A DNA stretch of 64,000 nucleotides from a virus. The position numbers and the translations under genes are program-made. The notes beneath the pieces are model-generated. The model did not search any database, was not told the DNA's origin, and saw nothing but the letters and a program-made list of their open reading frames with translations. Every line of letters begins with the position of its first letter. Within the stretch, counting starts at the first letter, position 1. Location of the stretch: IMG/VR virus record IMGVR_UViG_3300045988_034528; one strand, written 5' to 3'. Shown piece by piece: positions 19,301-28,600 of the stretch.

Positions 19301-21387
19301 GAAAGAGGCTTACATCTTTACATGATATTATGAATGGTGACAAGGAATTTATCTCAAAGAATAATGCTGGATTCTTGGCTGCTTCTGTGGATAATGTTAA
19401 AGACCCTGTGCTTGCAGCACTTAATCAGAATACTTTCACTGCTGATGCTTCTATGCTTCTTTCAAGATTAGGTTATAATCCTATTGAGATAGGTCTGTTA
19501 ATGATGCAGCCTATAGTTCAAGAGATTACTCAGACCTATTTTAGAGAGAGTAGAGAAGGCAAAGACCAGGATACTATCATAAATGAAGTACTGGATAAGT
19601 ATGAGAAGAAGGCTGCTATTAATAATGACTTGACTTATGATAACTACAAGAGTAATAACTTCTACATTGAAGAGCTTGCAGATAACATAATGCTTGCTAA
19701 GGAAGCTGTTACTGACAGGTCTCAGACTTCTGATTTCAGAAAGATTGAGTTCTATCCAAGACAAGTTGCAGTTGGATATTTGTTTAAGAGAGTTATGAAC
19801 TCTGCCAAGGCTTTGAAACAAGTAGTACAAGCTACTAGGGCTGATACTCAAAATGGAGCTGCTGGTCCTACTATTGCAGATACAGAGTTAAAGATACAGA
19901 AAGTAAAAGGTCTGTTAGACCAGATAAAGAAAAATGACAAATTCCCATTGGAGAATGCAGATGTTATCAGTGATTCTATTAGTGTGGATATGTCTATAGA
20001 GAATGTAGAGGAGAGAATGAATACTATCAGAAAACAATTACTTGACAGTAAACTTCCTTTCTTACAGGCATTCTATACATTAGGTCTTAAAATGACAGAG
20101 AACATGCTAGGGTCTTATTTCCCTCAATATTCTGAATCATTCAGAGCTGTAATTAATAAGCTTAGAGACATGACTAAGACAGGTAAATTAGATGTAAAAA
20201 CTATGAATAGTGTTTATAATGATTTGCTTGCTTATATAATGTCAAAAACTAAGTTCTTTGGTTCTGAGTTGGTCATAAATCCTAATTCAGAAGTAGGAGA
20301 TAAAATTAGGAGTTCTGCTGAGAAAAGGAGGGATTTTATTAATTATTTTCCTGAATACTTTAAAGAGGTAGTTTCTGAAAATGAGGATATAGCTGAATTA
20401 GAGTTCATTAAAAGGCTTAAAGTAATTAGAGCAAATGACAATAATCCTGTAGCTACTTTGGTATTTAAAAATGTAGGTCAATTAAGTCCTACTTTAAGAG
20501 AGAGATATATGAGGGACTGGGCAACATTATTATATAAGGATAATCCAGAAGCTCAAAAGCTCGCCCTTAATCTATTTAGATACAGTTTCTATAGAAATGG
20601 CTTTGCTTTTGGTCCTAATACCTTTATTCACTTAGCACCTGTTGCATTAAGAAAGGCAGTACCAGAATACATAAGTACCCTAAGAGATTTAGTAAATTGG
20701 AATGAGGATGACTATAGTCAATTTGTGGACCAATATGTCTATAATCACTTGGATAATAGAAAATTGGTTCCTGAAATCCCTGATACAGCCTCTGTCCAGT
20801 TCATAGGAGAGGATAATGAAGTTAAGGATAAAGTTACATTTGTGATTGATGGTAATGCTACCTTTGGAGATGAGAAAGTCATCAAGAAAAGGGAAGATAC
20901 TCCTGATGGTCCTACTTATGACTTCTTTAGATATATAGGTAAGAGAATCGGAGGAAAATACATTTATTACAAACTGTCTTCATTAAATACTAAACAAGTC
21001 AATGTTGCAACTTATGAAAGGATTGAACCATTAGGTTTCAGAAACAGCTTCATTGAATATGAATATGGCAAGGATGTAGAGGAGATGGAAACTGTAATTG
21101 ATAAGAATGAGAAAGATTATGACCCTTATGCAGGTACATTGTCAAGATTTGACTTTGGGGATGTTATACCTGACTATGATGCTATGCCTGAATATCAAGA
21201 ATCAGAGGAATATGTAAAATCTCTTCTAACAGATATATCTGCAATGGCTTTTCAGCAAACATACAATGTTCCTCTTGATACTTCTGCTCCAAAGGCTGAT
21301 GATGTAACAGCTATTCAGCCTAATACAGAGTATAAGGATGAGAATGGTGATAGTATTTGTGATGCTCCAACATTATATAGTTTATAA
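13312..21387 (+). CDS. Giant crAss-type (two-DPBB, YonO/QDE-1-like) virion RNA polymerase homologue
   Basis: 2691-aa ORF. GYRVPTEDKYSM...SGSDFDVDKMY gives a DxDxD metal-binding motif (aa 1707-1711, nt 18430-18444), as in crAss-like phage RNAPs. Size and neighbourhood fit. Confidence 0.65.
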   Translation: MSTNPTCLVVTPKIRELAAKFPNETVESVKNLVSLWQAKNNKSSEDIPLGSELNAFIKEIRKESPTTALPISKYVNTEGKNKGFLTKKGKELLSTSFDKEKFNEGTTKVSMYPGSSGTEIRIDFTSPTTGNSAFAIYYGSPTRKIWDLFNSSGSNATNVNDDRYWNNINKIVPESIRDLVESGKYSEMDSTAVETDPETLMVKRTALEDYFEKEYNVLKWGRSTEYNTIQIKKAISLLSRPEEKTTDALSSSFDTPRVTSVEEQQKVDLLFDPKTRKDRVTLIARLFSNEVDDALQEIADSLKRRIDDASGVEREELQAELNSLDRFSAIKKCTPAGIFKRVANIFNSYVQDTEEGRIQQELNKINAEENALIEAGEIDESERFSDEEKLEAAKKKAAYKNQEYKKIVDDPSVYKALAEKASTLLVMTEGIRMDPNYIAPADANLNDDDPEGNSEVDDEAEDWRQEEAYKDGWMTNFRQVSSQESLSQAVRKVIRQVPKLDYEGMYEEDDLGFTRYLDADYVHATLIDKLRNMINSDDMIPLLENMAKIKPWVNQVIELLQGDETLFSQFYQDFRKDFMPYWIQKKKMLPDGTFKMETIAVNKPEGVYYLLDAWRDNYENGVQLDDDSVYEKNGEINKDNAAKGLQWTVTLNNMFQNLDTESRLQLLEREDVWNTIMKLLHMLGIDANPSVLRTALTDIKTTPGITFTDPIMLLLPQLNIIFSGIKKGEIKSETREDGTEKRGDLINTFGSAYNMIASMMAEVTEDDIESSVRENDKSYYSHVTPNYLGKLIKNLKNVMNDKERFEQFMQTEFKQYEWFFKDGHWRNDWLRQLTESDELRKGLNHKVVLNSDKVDYTNWDDLDYTLVLLTEYWGDPDSTKSSIKYAWYHVPILSDSPSAEFIRFRKYTTGDVLDENGKKRTYDDVILDKLVDLVNQEYDRIMLVRERDEAYQSGDKSVEPIANYDIVRKKDGSIKSMGGAEFKFLPSLNNLRYDNGETFIDRLSRLKSKGTGAELRNFLRTTLNDIMEDGFEQTYKGWVRVGLLDELPNGKYKYLPFEGQSKQNAITAKALIKAKDALGSLWNTNMALMLRAYNNNSAFDSREANSLMEQIKALLTDKTTRGEMKLKDAQSISRSLFVKNNAKDALREYYWNSKLATSQIIQLTTTDLAFYKNLEDFQKRYKEVHAPALRLNTKATYKGERIGRDWERTIYLKDDEIVSSVLEDIKTVLDERVRRNEMTKIDRDNIISKFRNVNVADAQAYRSLSSYRAILGMSGQWTDDMEQAYNNFKNGDWNIKDFNIIWQTKKPYVYTQVNNNSGIKGHTGIKTPVQHKNSEFLLLAIHELIAGPLGKSGKLKAINKFMEDNQIDVVQFESTTKVGKQGVIDLNDVNTEADVIQRLKDTTGIGFGNENPNVVHKVSYEDYGIQTATPEHAIDTVQLVGTQIRKLITADISDDTIIEVNGKKMTKKEWIDLYNAINTENILQAFADVDKIFKDPKKVEEILLEEIRGNQRYGMDMMRACTLDENNNFNIPLFDPVQSQRVQTLLNSVIKGGSKKVSGITKQKIRGGALIQVSDYGLTDQLNIVFKDKNGNPLNYELYKKEYPNTTRESYEEFVKNAQKEGGLSIMYLECYMPAYSRKFYEPLMDPNTHQLDVTKLPDDLRKLIGYRVPTEDKYSMAPLYIKGFLPQQNGSAIMLPAEITTLSGSDFDVDKMYIMLPEFNIKKLYNIKGAWDDFYLNNPDIVDEIDRNLGEALTQFIKEQTEDWDEAADLDDIEDITKEFKEWLKKEGIKRYQFSETAQKRFSEWFRTNKKNYFIKENIEKIKYDFNKSPQENSLKARNNLLIDMMYGVLTNADTASKILNPGGFDYQKKAARIMTILNDSYESDLAQALKDVGVELNKTVQKGEKSYPKSIASYLFDLDLDTLDKLAEKTKVKMDPLSPRTQVMLHQQNMTGAKLIGIYANHNANHALMQHTASNKDEDKGLALSKEYGSFVLNGKRLTSLHDIMNGDKEFISKNNAGFLAASVDNVKDPVLAALNQNTFTADASMLLSRLGYNPIEIGLLMMQPIVQEITQTYFRESREGKDQDTIINEVLDKYEKKAAINNDLTYDNYKSNNFYIEELADNIMLAKEAVTDRSQTSDFRKIEFYPRQVAVGYLFKRVMNSAKALKQVVQATRADTQNGAAGPTIADTELKIQKVKGLLDQIKKNDKFPLENADVISDSISVDMSIENVEERMNTIRKQLLDSKLPFLQAFYTLGLKMTENMLGSYFPQYSESFRAVINKLRDMTKTGKLDVKTMNSVYNDLLAYIMSKTKFFGSELVINPNSEVGDKIRSSAEKRRDFINYFPEYFKEVVSENEDIAELEFIKRLKVIRANDNNPVATLVFKNVGQLSPTLRERYMRDWATLLYKDNPEAQKLALNLFRYSFYRNGFAFGPNTFIHLAPVALRKAVPEYISTLRDLVNWNEDDYSQFVDQYVYNHLDNRKLVPEIPDTASVQFIGEDNEVKDKVTFVIDGNATFGDEKVIKKREDTPDGPTYDFFRYIGKRIGGKYIYYKLSSLNTKQVNVATYERIEPLGFRNSFIEYEYGKDVEEMETVIDKNEKDYDPYAGTLSRFDFGDVIPDYDAMPEYQESEEYVKSLLTDISAMAFQQTYNVPLDTSAPKADDVTAIQPNTEYKDENGDSICDAPTLYSL

Positions 21388-21404
21388 CAGTTTATAGAAT
21401 AAAC

Positions 21405-24400
21405 ATGGCAAGAAGTTGTGCAATTATTCCAAAGGTAAAGAATAGGAATGGTCAAGTAGTGGACAGCAAGTTATTTAAGGACTTGCTGTCCTTCACTTCA
21501 AACAATAGAAGTGAGGCTACAAGACTATATCTTATTACAAAAGCTGACTCTTTTATAAGAGACTGGAATCCAAGGCTAACATTAGATGAAAACAATGAAC
21601 CTACATTGAGAAGTTTGATAAAGCAGACTAATCTTAGTAAAGTCATTCCAGAAACTAAAGTACTTGAGAGACTTAATAGGGAGATTGGGTACTATAAGAA
21701 AGGAATGGACAGACCATCCCTATGGGTAAACAATGATGAGAATTATCAAAAGTTGAAACAAAGGGCTATAGCCTTTAATCAGAACTCAGAGTATAGGGAT
21801 GATTATGTGGCTAATATAATCAAGATTCAGGACAATGAGTCCCCAAGAGTATTCATTGGAGTAAAGATTGAGAAAAGAAATAGGCTTAACTCTGTCAATG
21901 CAGATAAGATGGAATACAACGAAAACCTTAATAACAGGTTGAGAGGTATTCTTGAATCTCATGGAATAGGGATAGGTGCTTTGACTGACCTTGAAAAGAG
22001 AATGGGTATTCATGGTATAACTGACTTTGATGTTGCAAGAAATGCAGCAAATGGTCTTGTTGAAATGATTAGGCTTGCTAATGGTATTCAAGGTGAAAGA
22101 GCACTTCCTGAGGAATTTGCACACTTTGCCATTGAAGCTATGGGAGATAATCCACTTATCAATAGACTTATCAATAATATATCTTCCAATGGACTGGCAA
22201 GAGAAATTATAGGTGAGGACTATGACACCTATGATACCTTATATCATAGTGATGAGACTAAGTTAGCAAAAGAAGCTGCGGGTAAATTACTTGCAAAACA
22301 TCTATTACAGAGTGAGGAAGTTCCTATAAAGCCATATAGAAACTTACTACAAAGAGTAATTCAGGCAGTTAAGAATCTCTTTAAGAATATTAATGCAAGT
22401 CCTATACAAAGAGCTATGAAGGAGGCTGACAAGAACTTTGGTTCTTTAGCACAGCAAATACTTAATGGCAGTATGGATGAGGTTATTGATATTAGTAATA
22501 TTACTTCAAGTGGGGTATTTTATAGTACCTCAGAGAGAGTGGCAAGAGATAAGAAGTTACTTCAAGGAATCATTGAGAATGAGTTGAAGAGATTGAAGAT
22601 TTATGAAAAGAGAAATCCTAATAGCCAGTTTAGTGCTAATCAAAGGTTACTCATTGATAGATTGGATATTGAATTAGCTGATAATAATGAAATTGAGGGT
22701 ATTTATACTTTTGTAGAGAATGCTCTTGAAGAATTGACTAAGGTAAGTGACAGACTTACTATGTTACAGAATACTCCTGCTACTAATGTTAATGAAAGGG
22801 CTGGTGTTCTAAGAGATGTCAGAAACTACTTGTATAGTTACAAGCACATTACTGATGATATTAGAAAGGCTCTTATTGATGAAGAAAGATATGCAGACAA
22901 TAGATATGGTCAGAGAGTAAGGGTTGTGTTAGATAATACAACTACACTACTTGGAGACTTGTTTGTCAGATACAACAATGTAGCAATGCCTCTTTTTGTT
23001 GATTTCATTAAGCCTTTTGTGGGAGAGAGTATAACTGTTCCATTTGGTAAGTTCAAGGGTAAGACTATGACTGCTGAAGACTTGGTGAAGGTAGCTGATA
23101 AGGACATATCTTTCTTTGATAGATGGCTTGACTCTATGGCAGACTCTTCAGATTATATGCTGAAAGTTATGGACCAAGCTGTCAAAAAGAGTAAAGAAAA
23201 TGCAAGGTTGGAGACTATCAATGTTATGAAGGAACTTCAAGCTGCTACCATTAAGTTAGAGCAAGCTGGGATTAAGAATACTGACTGGATGTTTGAAAGA
23301 GACAGTAAAGGTAATCTTACAGGTAATTATATCTCTGAGATTAACCAAGGTCTATTCAAGGAGAAAGTTAGGGAAATGTTCAAGTCTCTTAATGAAAAGT
23401 ATGGCAATAATCCTGTAGGAGATAATGTAGAGAAGTACAGAAAAGAGAGACAAGCTTGGTTTGATGATAATATGGAAGTGGTCAATGGAAAGAAGCAGCC
23501 TAAAGTGTCAATCTATGGCAATAAGGCTTATCAGAACTTGAATCCTGCCCAAAAAGAATACTACAATAGGATTATGGAAATAAAAGCTAAGTTGGATTCA
23601 CACCTTCCTGATAAGTACACTACCTTAACTAATGCAGTTAAAATCAGAAAGGACTTACTTGAAAGAGTAAAGGCATCTGATAGTGTAAGGTCAGGTAGTA
23701 CACAAGTATGGGAAGCTATTAAAGACCAATTCATTAGAAGGACAGATGACACTGAGTTTGGAGATAGGGCTACAGTAAAGGACTTTGAAGGTAAAGAGGT
23801 ACAAGTACTTCCTATCTATTATACTAAGATGAAAGAGGGTGAAAGTCCTAATGACCTATCTACTGATATAGTATCTACTCTTACAGCCTATGCAGCTATG
23901 GCTAATGACTTTAATGAAATGAACAAAGTAATTGATGTTCTTGAGCTTGGTAGGGATATGCTAAAGGAGAGGGAGATTATACAGACAAGAGGTGGTAAAC
24001 CATTGGTTGAAAAGTTCAAGTCTGTAGGTAGGAAAGTTGAATCTACTCTTACTAAATCTGGTGATGAAACAAGATTCATGCAAAGACTAAATGACTTCTT
24101 TGAGATGCAAGTCTATGGTAGATATATGGCTGATGAAGGTACATTTGGTAATACTAAGATTGATAAGGGAAAGGTGGCTAACTTTGTTAATAGGATGACT
24201 TCTCTTAATACATTAGCTGTCAATGTGCTATCAGGTATTTCCAATGTGGCTACTGGTGGAGTTATGATGAGAATTGAATCTTTCTCTGGAGAGTTCTTCA
24301 ATGAATCTAATACTCTAAGAGCTGATAGAAACTATGGTCAAGCATTACCTGAGTATCTTGCAGAGATTGGTAACAGAGTTAAGACAAGTAAACTTGCTCT

Positions 24401-25460
24401 GTGGGATGAATTGTTCAATGTATTGCAGGAGTATGAGACTGATGTTAGAGAAGTAAACTTTGACAGAAAGACTTGGTTCAGTAGAATGTTTGGTACTTCT
24501 GCTCTATTCCTTATGAATAATGCTGGTGAACATTGGATGCAGAATAGAACCTCATTAGCACTTGCAGATGCTTATAAAATGAAAGCTTCTGATGGTAAAA
24601 TAGTTTCCTTGTGGGATGCTATGGAGGTGGTTCCTATTGATAAGAATAACAAGAAATTAGGTGCTAAATTGCAGTTAAAGCAAGGTTATACTAAGGAAGA
24701 TGGTTCTGCATTTACAAAGGATGATATTATAGCATTTAGTAGAAAATCTGCTGCTATAAATCAGAGAATGCACGGTATTTACAATAAGGCTGACAGAAGT
24801 GCAGTACAAAGGTTAGCTGTAGGTAGAATGGGTGTCATGTTTAGAAAGTGGATAAAGCCAAGCCTAAATAGGAGATTCAAATCTGCTACATATAACTATG
24901 ACTTGCAAGCATGGACAGAGGGTTACTATAATACCACAAGTAGGTTCTTGATGCAGCTTGCTAAGGAATTAAAAGAAGGTCAGTTTACATTAGCTGCAAA
25001 TTGGAAAAATTTAACCAAGACTGAAAAGGCAAATATCAAGAGAGCTGCAACTGAAGTTGGTCATTTCTTAGCAGTAGCACTTGTACTTGGTCTTATGGAC
25101 TGGTCAGATGACAAGGATAGACCTTGGTTGGCTAAGATGGCAGAATATCAGGCAAGAAGATTATACACTGAATTAGGTTCTTTGATTCCCGGACCTCAGA
25201 TGGTTGGAGAAGGATTGAAGATTATAAAGTCTCCTGCTGCTGGTATTAATACTCTTGAAAATACTCTTGATTTAATTGGGCTTATGAACCCATTCAATTA
25301 TGAAGTATTTGCTGGAGAGGAAGCTCTGATACAATTAGGTAGATATAAAGGAGAATCAAGGGCTTATAGGTTATTCTTTGAATCTCCTATTATCCCAATG
25401 AACAAGACTATTTATAGAGGTTTGCATCCTGAGGAAGGTATTCCATTTTTTAAACAATAA
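21405..25460 (+). CDS. Giant protein of unknown function adjacent to the RNAP gene (virion/transcription-module partner)
   Basis: Uninterrupted 1351-aa ORF. Has a hydrophobic segment near the C-terminus (HFLAVALVLGLM). No catalytic motif recognised. Confidence 0.7.
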   Translation: MARSCAIIPKVKNRNGQVVDSKLFKDLLSFTSNNRSEATRLYLITKADSFIRDWNPRLTLDENNEPTLRSLIKQTNLSKVIPETKVLERLNREIGYYKKGMDRPSLWVNNDENYQKLKQRAIAFNQNSEYRDDYVANIIKIQDNESPRVFIGVKIEKRNRLNSVNADKMEYNENLNNRLRGILESHGIGIGALTDLEKRMGIHGITDFDVARNAANGLVEMIRLANGIQGERALPEEFAHFAIEAMGDNPLINRLINNISSNGLAREIIGEDYDTYDTLYHSDETKLAKEAAGKLLAKHLLQSEEVPIKPYRNLLQRVIQAVKNLFKNINASPIQRAMKEADKNFGSLAQQILNGSMDEVIDISNITSSGVFYSTSERVARDKKLLQGIIENELKRLKIYEKRNPNSQFSANQRLLIDRLDIELADNNEIEGIYTFVENALEELTKVSDRLTMLQNTPATNVNERAGVLRDVRNYLYSYKHITDDIRKALIDEERYADNRYGQRVRVVLDNTTTLLGDLFVRYNNVAMPLFVDFIKPFVGESITVPFGKFKGKTMTAEDLVKVADKDISFFDRWLDSMADSSDYMLKVMDQAVKKSKENARLETINVMKELQAATIKLEQAGIKNTDWMFERDSKGNLTGNYISEINQGLFKEKVREMFKSLNEKYGNNPVGDNVEKYRKERQAWFDDNMEVVNGKKQPKVSIYGNKAYQNLNPAQKEYYNRIMEIKAKLDSHLPDKYTTLTNAVKIRKDLLERVKASDSVRSGSTQVWEAIKDQFIRRTDDTEFGDRATVKDFEGKEVQVLPIYYTKMKEGESPNDLSTDIVSTLTAYAAMANDFNEMNKVIDVLELGRDMLKEREIIQTRGGKPLVEKFKSVGRKVESTLTKSGDETRFMQRLNDFFEMQVYGRYMADEGTFGNTKIDKGKVANFVNRMTSLNTLAVNVLSGISNVATGGVMMRIESFSGEFFNESNTLRADRNYGQALPEYLAEIGNRVKTSKLALWDELFNVLQEYETDVREVNFDRKTWFSRMFGTSALFLMNNAGEHWMQNRTSLALADAYKMKASDGKIVSLWDAMEVVPIDKNNKKLGAKLQLKQGYTKEDGSAFTKDDIIAFSRKSAAINQRMHGIYNKADRSAVQRLAVGRMGVMFRKWIKPSLNRRFKSATYNYDLQAWTEGYYNTTSRFLMQLAKELKEGQFTLAANWKNLTKTEKANIKRAATEVGHFLAVALVLGLMDWSDDKDRPWLAKMAEYQARRLYTELGSLIPGPQMVGEGLKIIKSPAAGINTLENTLDLIGLMNPFNYEVFAGEEALIQLGRYKGESRAYRLFFESPIIPMNKTIYRGLHPEEGIPFFKQ

Positions 25461-25464
25461 GATT

Positions 25465-25545
25465 ATGGGTTTATATTTAGTAGTATTAATTATTGGTATT
25501 CCTTTATGTATATTAGCATTAGGATTTCTAAATAAAGAAGATTAA
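25465..25545 (+). CDS. possible 26-aa membrane peptide
   Basis: MGLYLVVLIIGIPLCILALGFLNKED starts 4 nt after the upstream stop and lies before the terminator. Could be chance. Confidence 0.3.
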   Translation: MGLYLVVLIIGIPLCILALGFLNKED

Positions 25546-25558
25546 GTTGTTAATAAGA

Positions 25559-25607
25559 AAGGGGAGTGAGTAGATTAAGTTCTACTCCTCCCCTTATTTT
25601 TTTATTT
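25559..25607 (+). terminator. Rho-independent terminator closing the + strand block
   Basis: GGGGAGTGAGTAGA / TCTACTCCTCCCC stem (one bulge), 6-nt loop, then TTATTTTTTTATTTT. Confidence 0.75.
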
Positions 25608-25610
25608 TCT

Positions 25611-25647
25611 ATAAAATAAAAGGGAAGTAACATTTCTGTTACCTCCC
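25611..25647 (-). terminator. Rho-independent terminator closing the minus-strand late operon
   Basis: On the minus strand: GGGAGGTAACA-GAAA-TGTTACTTCCC followed by TTTTATTTTAT, 25 nt after the stop of the 2757-aa ORF. Confidence 0.7.
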
Positions 25648-25671
25648 TAATAAAAAATTTCATCCTACTGA

Positions 25672-28600
25672 CTAAAAAGCTATACATTTAATAGCTTGGT
25701 CTCTCTCTTCTTGAGAAATTGAATCAAACTTCTCTACTGTCCAACCTTTCTTCAATAGATTTTTCTGCATCTCTGTATCTAAAGACTCAAAAGAAGAATT
25801 AGGTACTTTTCTATATCTAATATCATCATTAGTTCTAGAGAATGTTCCTACATTATCAGTAGCTGATTTAATTTGATTAGGATTAAATACTACATATTCA
25901 CTATAATTAGCATCACTTATAATAATATGCTGACCATCGTTATCTCCTATATTAGAATCTTTTTTTGTATAACCTTTTTTACGAGTTCCTTCATAATTAG
26001 TTATTTTAGGATTTCTAATGTTTAAGAAGAAAGCTCTAGTACTTGGTTTTTCTATTTCCCAAGCTTCATCCATCTTTTTCTTATCTTCATCATTTAATAG
26101 TCCTTCTCTTACTAAATCAGCTAACTCAATCCACTTTTCTTCACTCTTAAAAGTATATATTTCTTCATAGAATTTTGCATTAGATTTAGAAGTAGTAAAA
26201 TATGTTCCTATATCTCCTTTTTTAATACCTGCCCCAAATTGTCCTCCTTTAGTATTGAAAATCTTAGCACTACTACCTCCATGATAAACAACTAAAGGTT
26301 CACCATTTTCATCAACTACTTTAGAAGCATTTTCTGGGTCATTTTCCCAATCACCAAACCAATCTTTGAAAGCTTTAGTTCTTACTTGAGCATATTGTCT
26401 TTCAGTAAGATTAGATACTGGACCTCCAGGTTTAACTAATAATTTACCTTCAGAGTTTCTAGGAGCTTTAGTAAGAATATCTTGCATTTCTTTAGAGTAT
26501 TCTTCTTGTCCTGCTCTAGCTTGACTAAGAGTTTTTACAGGCAATTCTCTATTACTATATTCTCCTCTATTTATCATTTGATAGTATGCAGTAAGATGAG
26601 GTCTAATACTATTCCAATTAGTTACTTTAATCCATAGGTCTCTAAAGAAGTTTTTAATTTTACCTAATAATCCAGCATTTTGTCTAGTAGTAACATACTC
26701 TCTGAATCCTTCTGCCATATCTTCTTCAAGAGAAAGATTATCTTTTTCACCATATAATTTCCTTGCTTCATCATATAGTGCTTGTCTTTCATCATTGTCA
26801 AGAAGGAGATTAAATACAGCATGGAATGCTTCATGGTATGCAGTACCTTCAGCAGCTATGTCAGACAATGTGATTACACCTTTATCAAATTGACCCCAAG
26901 CTAAAGTACCCCTCTTACCTACTTTAATAAGACCTTTTACTACCTTTACTCTATCTGATTCACTTAATTGTGGAAGTACTTTATTTAACCATTTAAGTTC
27001 TTTTTTCTCATCCCACTTTTCATAATCAGGTGATTTTACTTTTCTTAATTTATGTCTTGTTCTTGAGGCTTTCTTATTGTTTATTGCCTGTTCCTTTTGA
27101 GTAGTATAGGCAGCACCTGTCTGGGTATTACCTTGATTAATAGTTGCAGGAGTTTCCACAGTAGTGATAGGAGTAGCATTTACAGTAGGTACTGCATCAG
27201 GGTCAAACAATATAGTCTTTTCTGATGCTAATTCCTTAACTTTCTGAGGCTTAGCTTCAAGTCCTTTCTTAATTGCATCCTCAACTTGTGATTGGATCAT
27301 ACCCTCCTGCACCTGATTATTCTTCAAGAATAAGAATGTCTTACCATTAGGGAATACTGCATAGAAGCTGTTTGAAGCTACATGGACTACTTCAGTTTCT
27401 CTTCCAAATCCCTTTGTAATATTAGGAACTTTAGTTATATAAACTTCAACCCCATCAATTACAGTAAGTGGTGTAACATATCCTTTATGTAATTTGCCAT
27501 CCAACTCAAAGTAACCTACTCCCTCATCAGCATTATTCATACTGTGTTCAGGTGTTAAATCTTCAATAGGGTTCTGTGTCTCTAATGAAGTCTCAAAGAT
27601 AGGTAATACTGTCTGAGCTTGTGCTGGAGTAGCAGGAGTTTCTGTAGATTTATCTACTTTAACTGCACTTGCTAAAGGCACATTAACAGCAGGATTATAT
27701 GCAATAGGAATACCCTTTTCACTTTGTACTGCTGATACATTCTCCTTATCATAACTCAATACAAATGGCATTACAGCTAACTTAGTAACTGGTACACCAT
27801 ACTGAGATTCAAATAGGTTCTTGTAAGCAGAAAGTTGTAAAGTATAGTAATCTTTTGTACTCATTCTCTGAGTAGCAGATGGAGTAGTAAAGTAATTAAC
27901 CTTGTGACCATATCTGTCTGTAAAGTCATAGAAGCTGTATCTGCTTGTCTTCACATCATAGATTCTAAAGTTACCATTCTTATCAACAGAGAGAATATCA
28001 ACCTCACCTGCAATTCTTGTACCATCAGGATATTTTTGGAATAATACTATGTTATCAGCAAGGAATCTCTCTCCCATTTGCTCCATATTTGACTTAACTC
28101 TATTAAGAGTAGTAATCAAATCTATGAAAGCATTCTCTGACATATTGGAGGGCTTTACTATCTTAGATACATCTTTTATAGTAAAGTACTGTCTAATGAT
28201 ACTATCTACTGCTAAACCAGCATCAAGTGCCCTTTGTGAATTAGTACTAGACATCTTGTCTCTTACTATATTCATAATAGTATCTCTACTCTTGGCATCA
28301 GTCTTATCTCTGTAGGCAGTCAAGTCTATCTTAAACTTGTTCTCCAAGTGTTTCAGATAGTTCTCATACTGAGTAGGATTATCTACAAACTTGCTAAGAT
28401 TAAGTCTTGCTAATTCAAGAGTCTTTGTCTGCTTGTCAGATACTATCCAATTAGAGCCTAATCTGCTATGTACTCTACTATATTGGTGATATTCACCATC
28501 ATCTTCAAGTACATAATAAAACTCTCCATCAGTTCTTGTCTTGTCTACTCTCTTTTGGTTCTCATATATTTCACTGATAACCTCCTTAGACTTGGTAACT

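Noticed and set aside
13305-19851. Multiple 60-160-aa minus-strand ORFs inside the RNAP-like gene, plus similar + strand ORFs inside the 2757-aa gene (28049-33210), the MCP, scaffold-like and tail genes
   Set aside because: They are low-complexity, Leu/Ser/Ile-rich translations typical of antisense frames in AT-rich coding DNA. Each lies wholly inside a much longer, motif-bearing ORF on the other strand.
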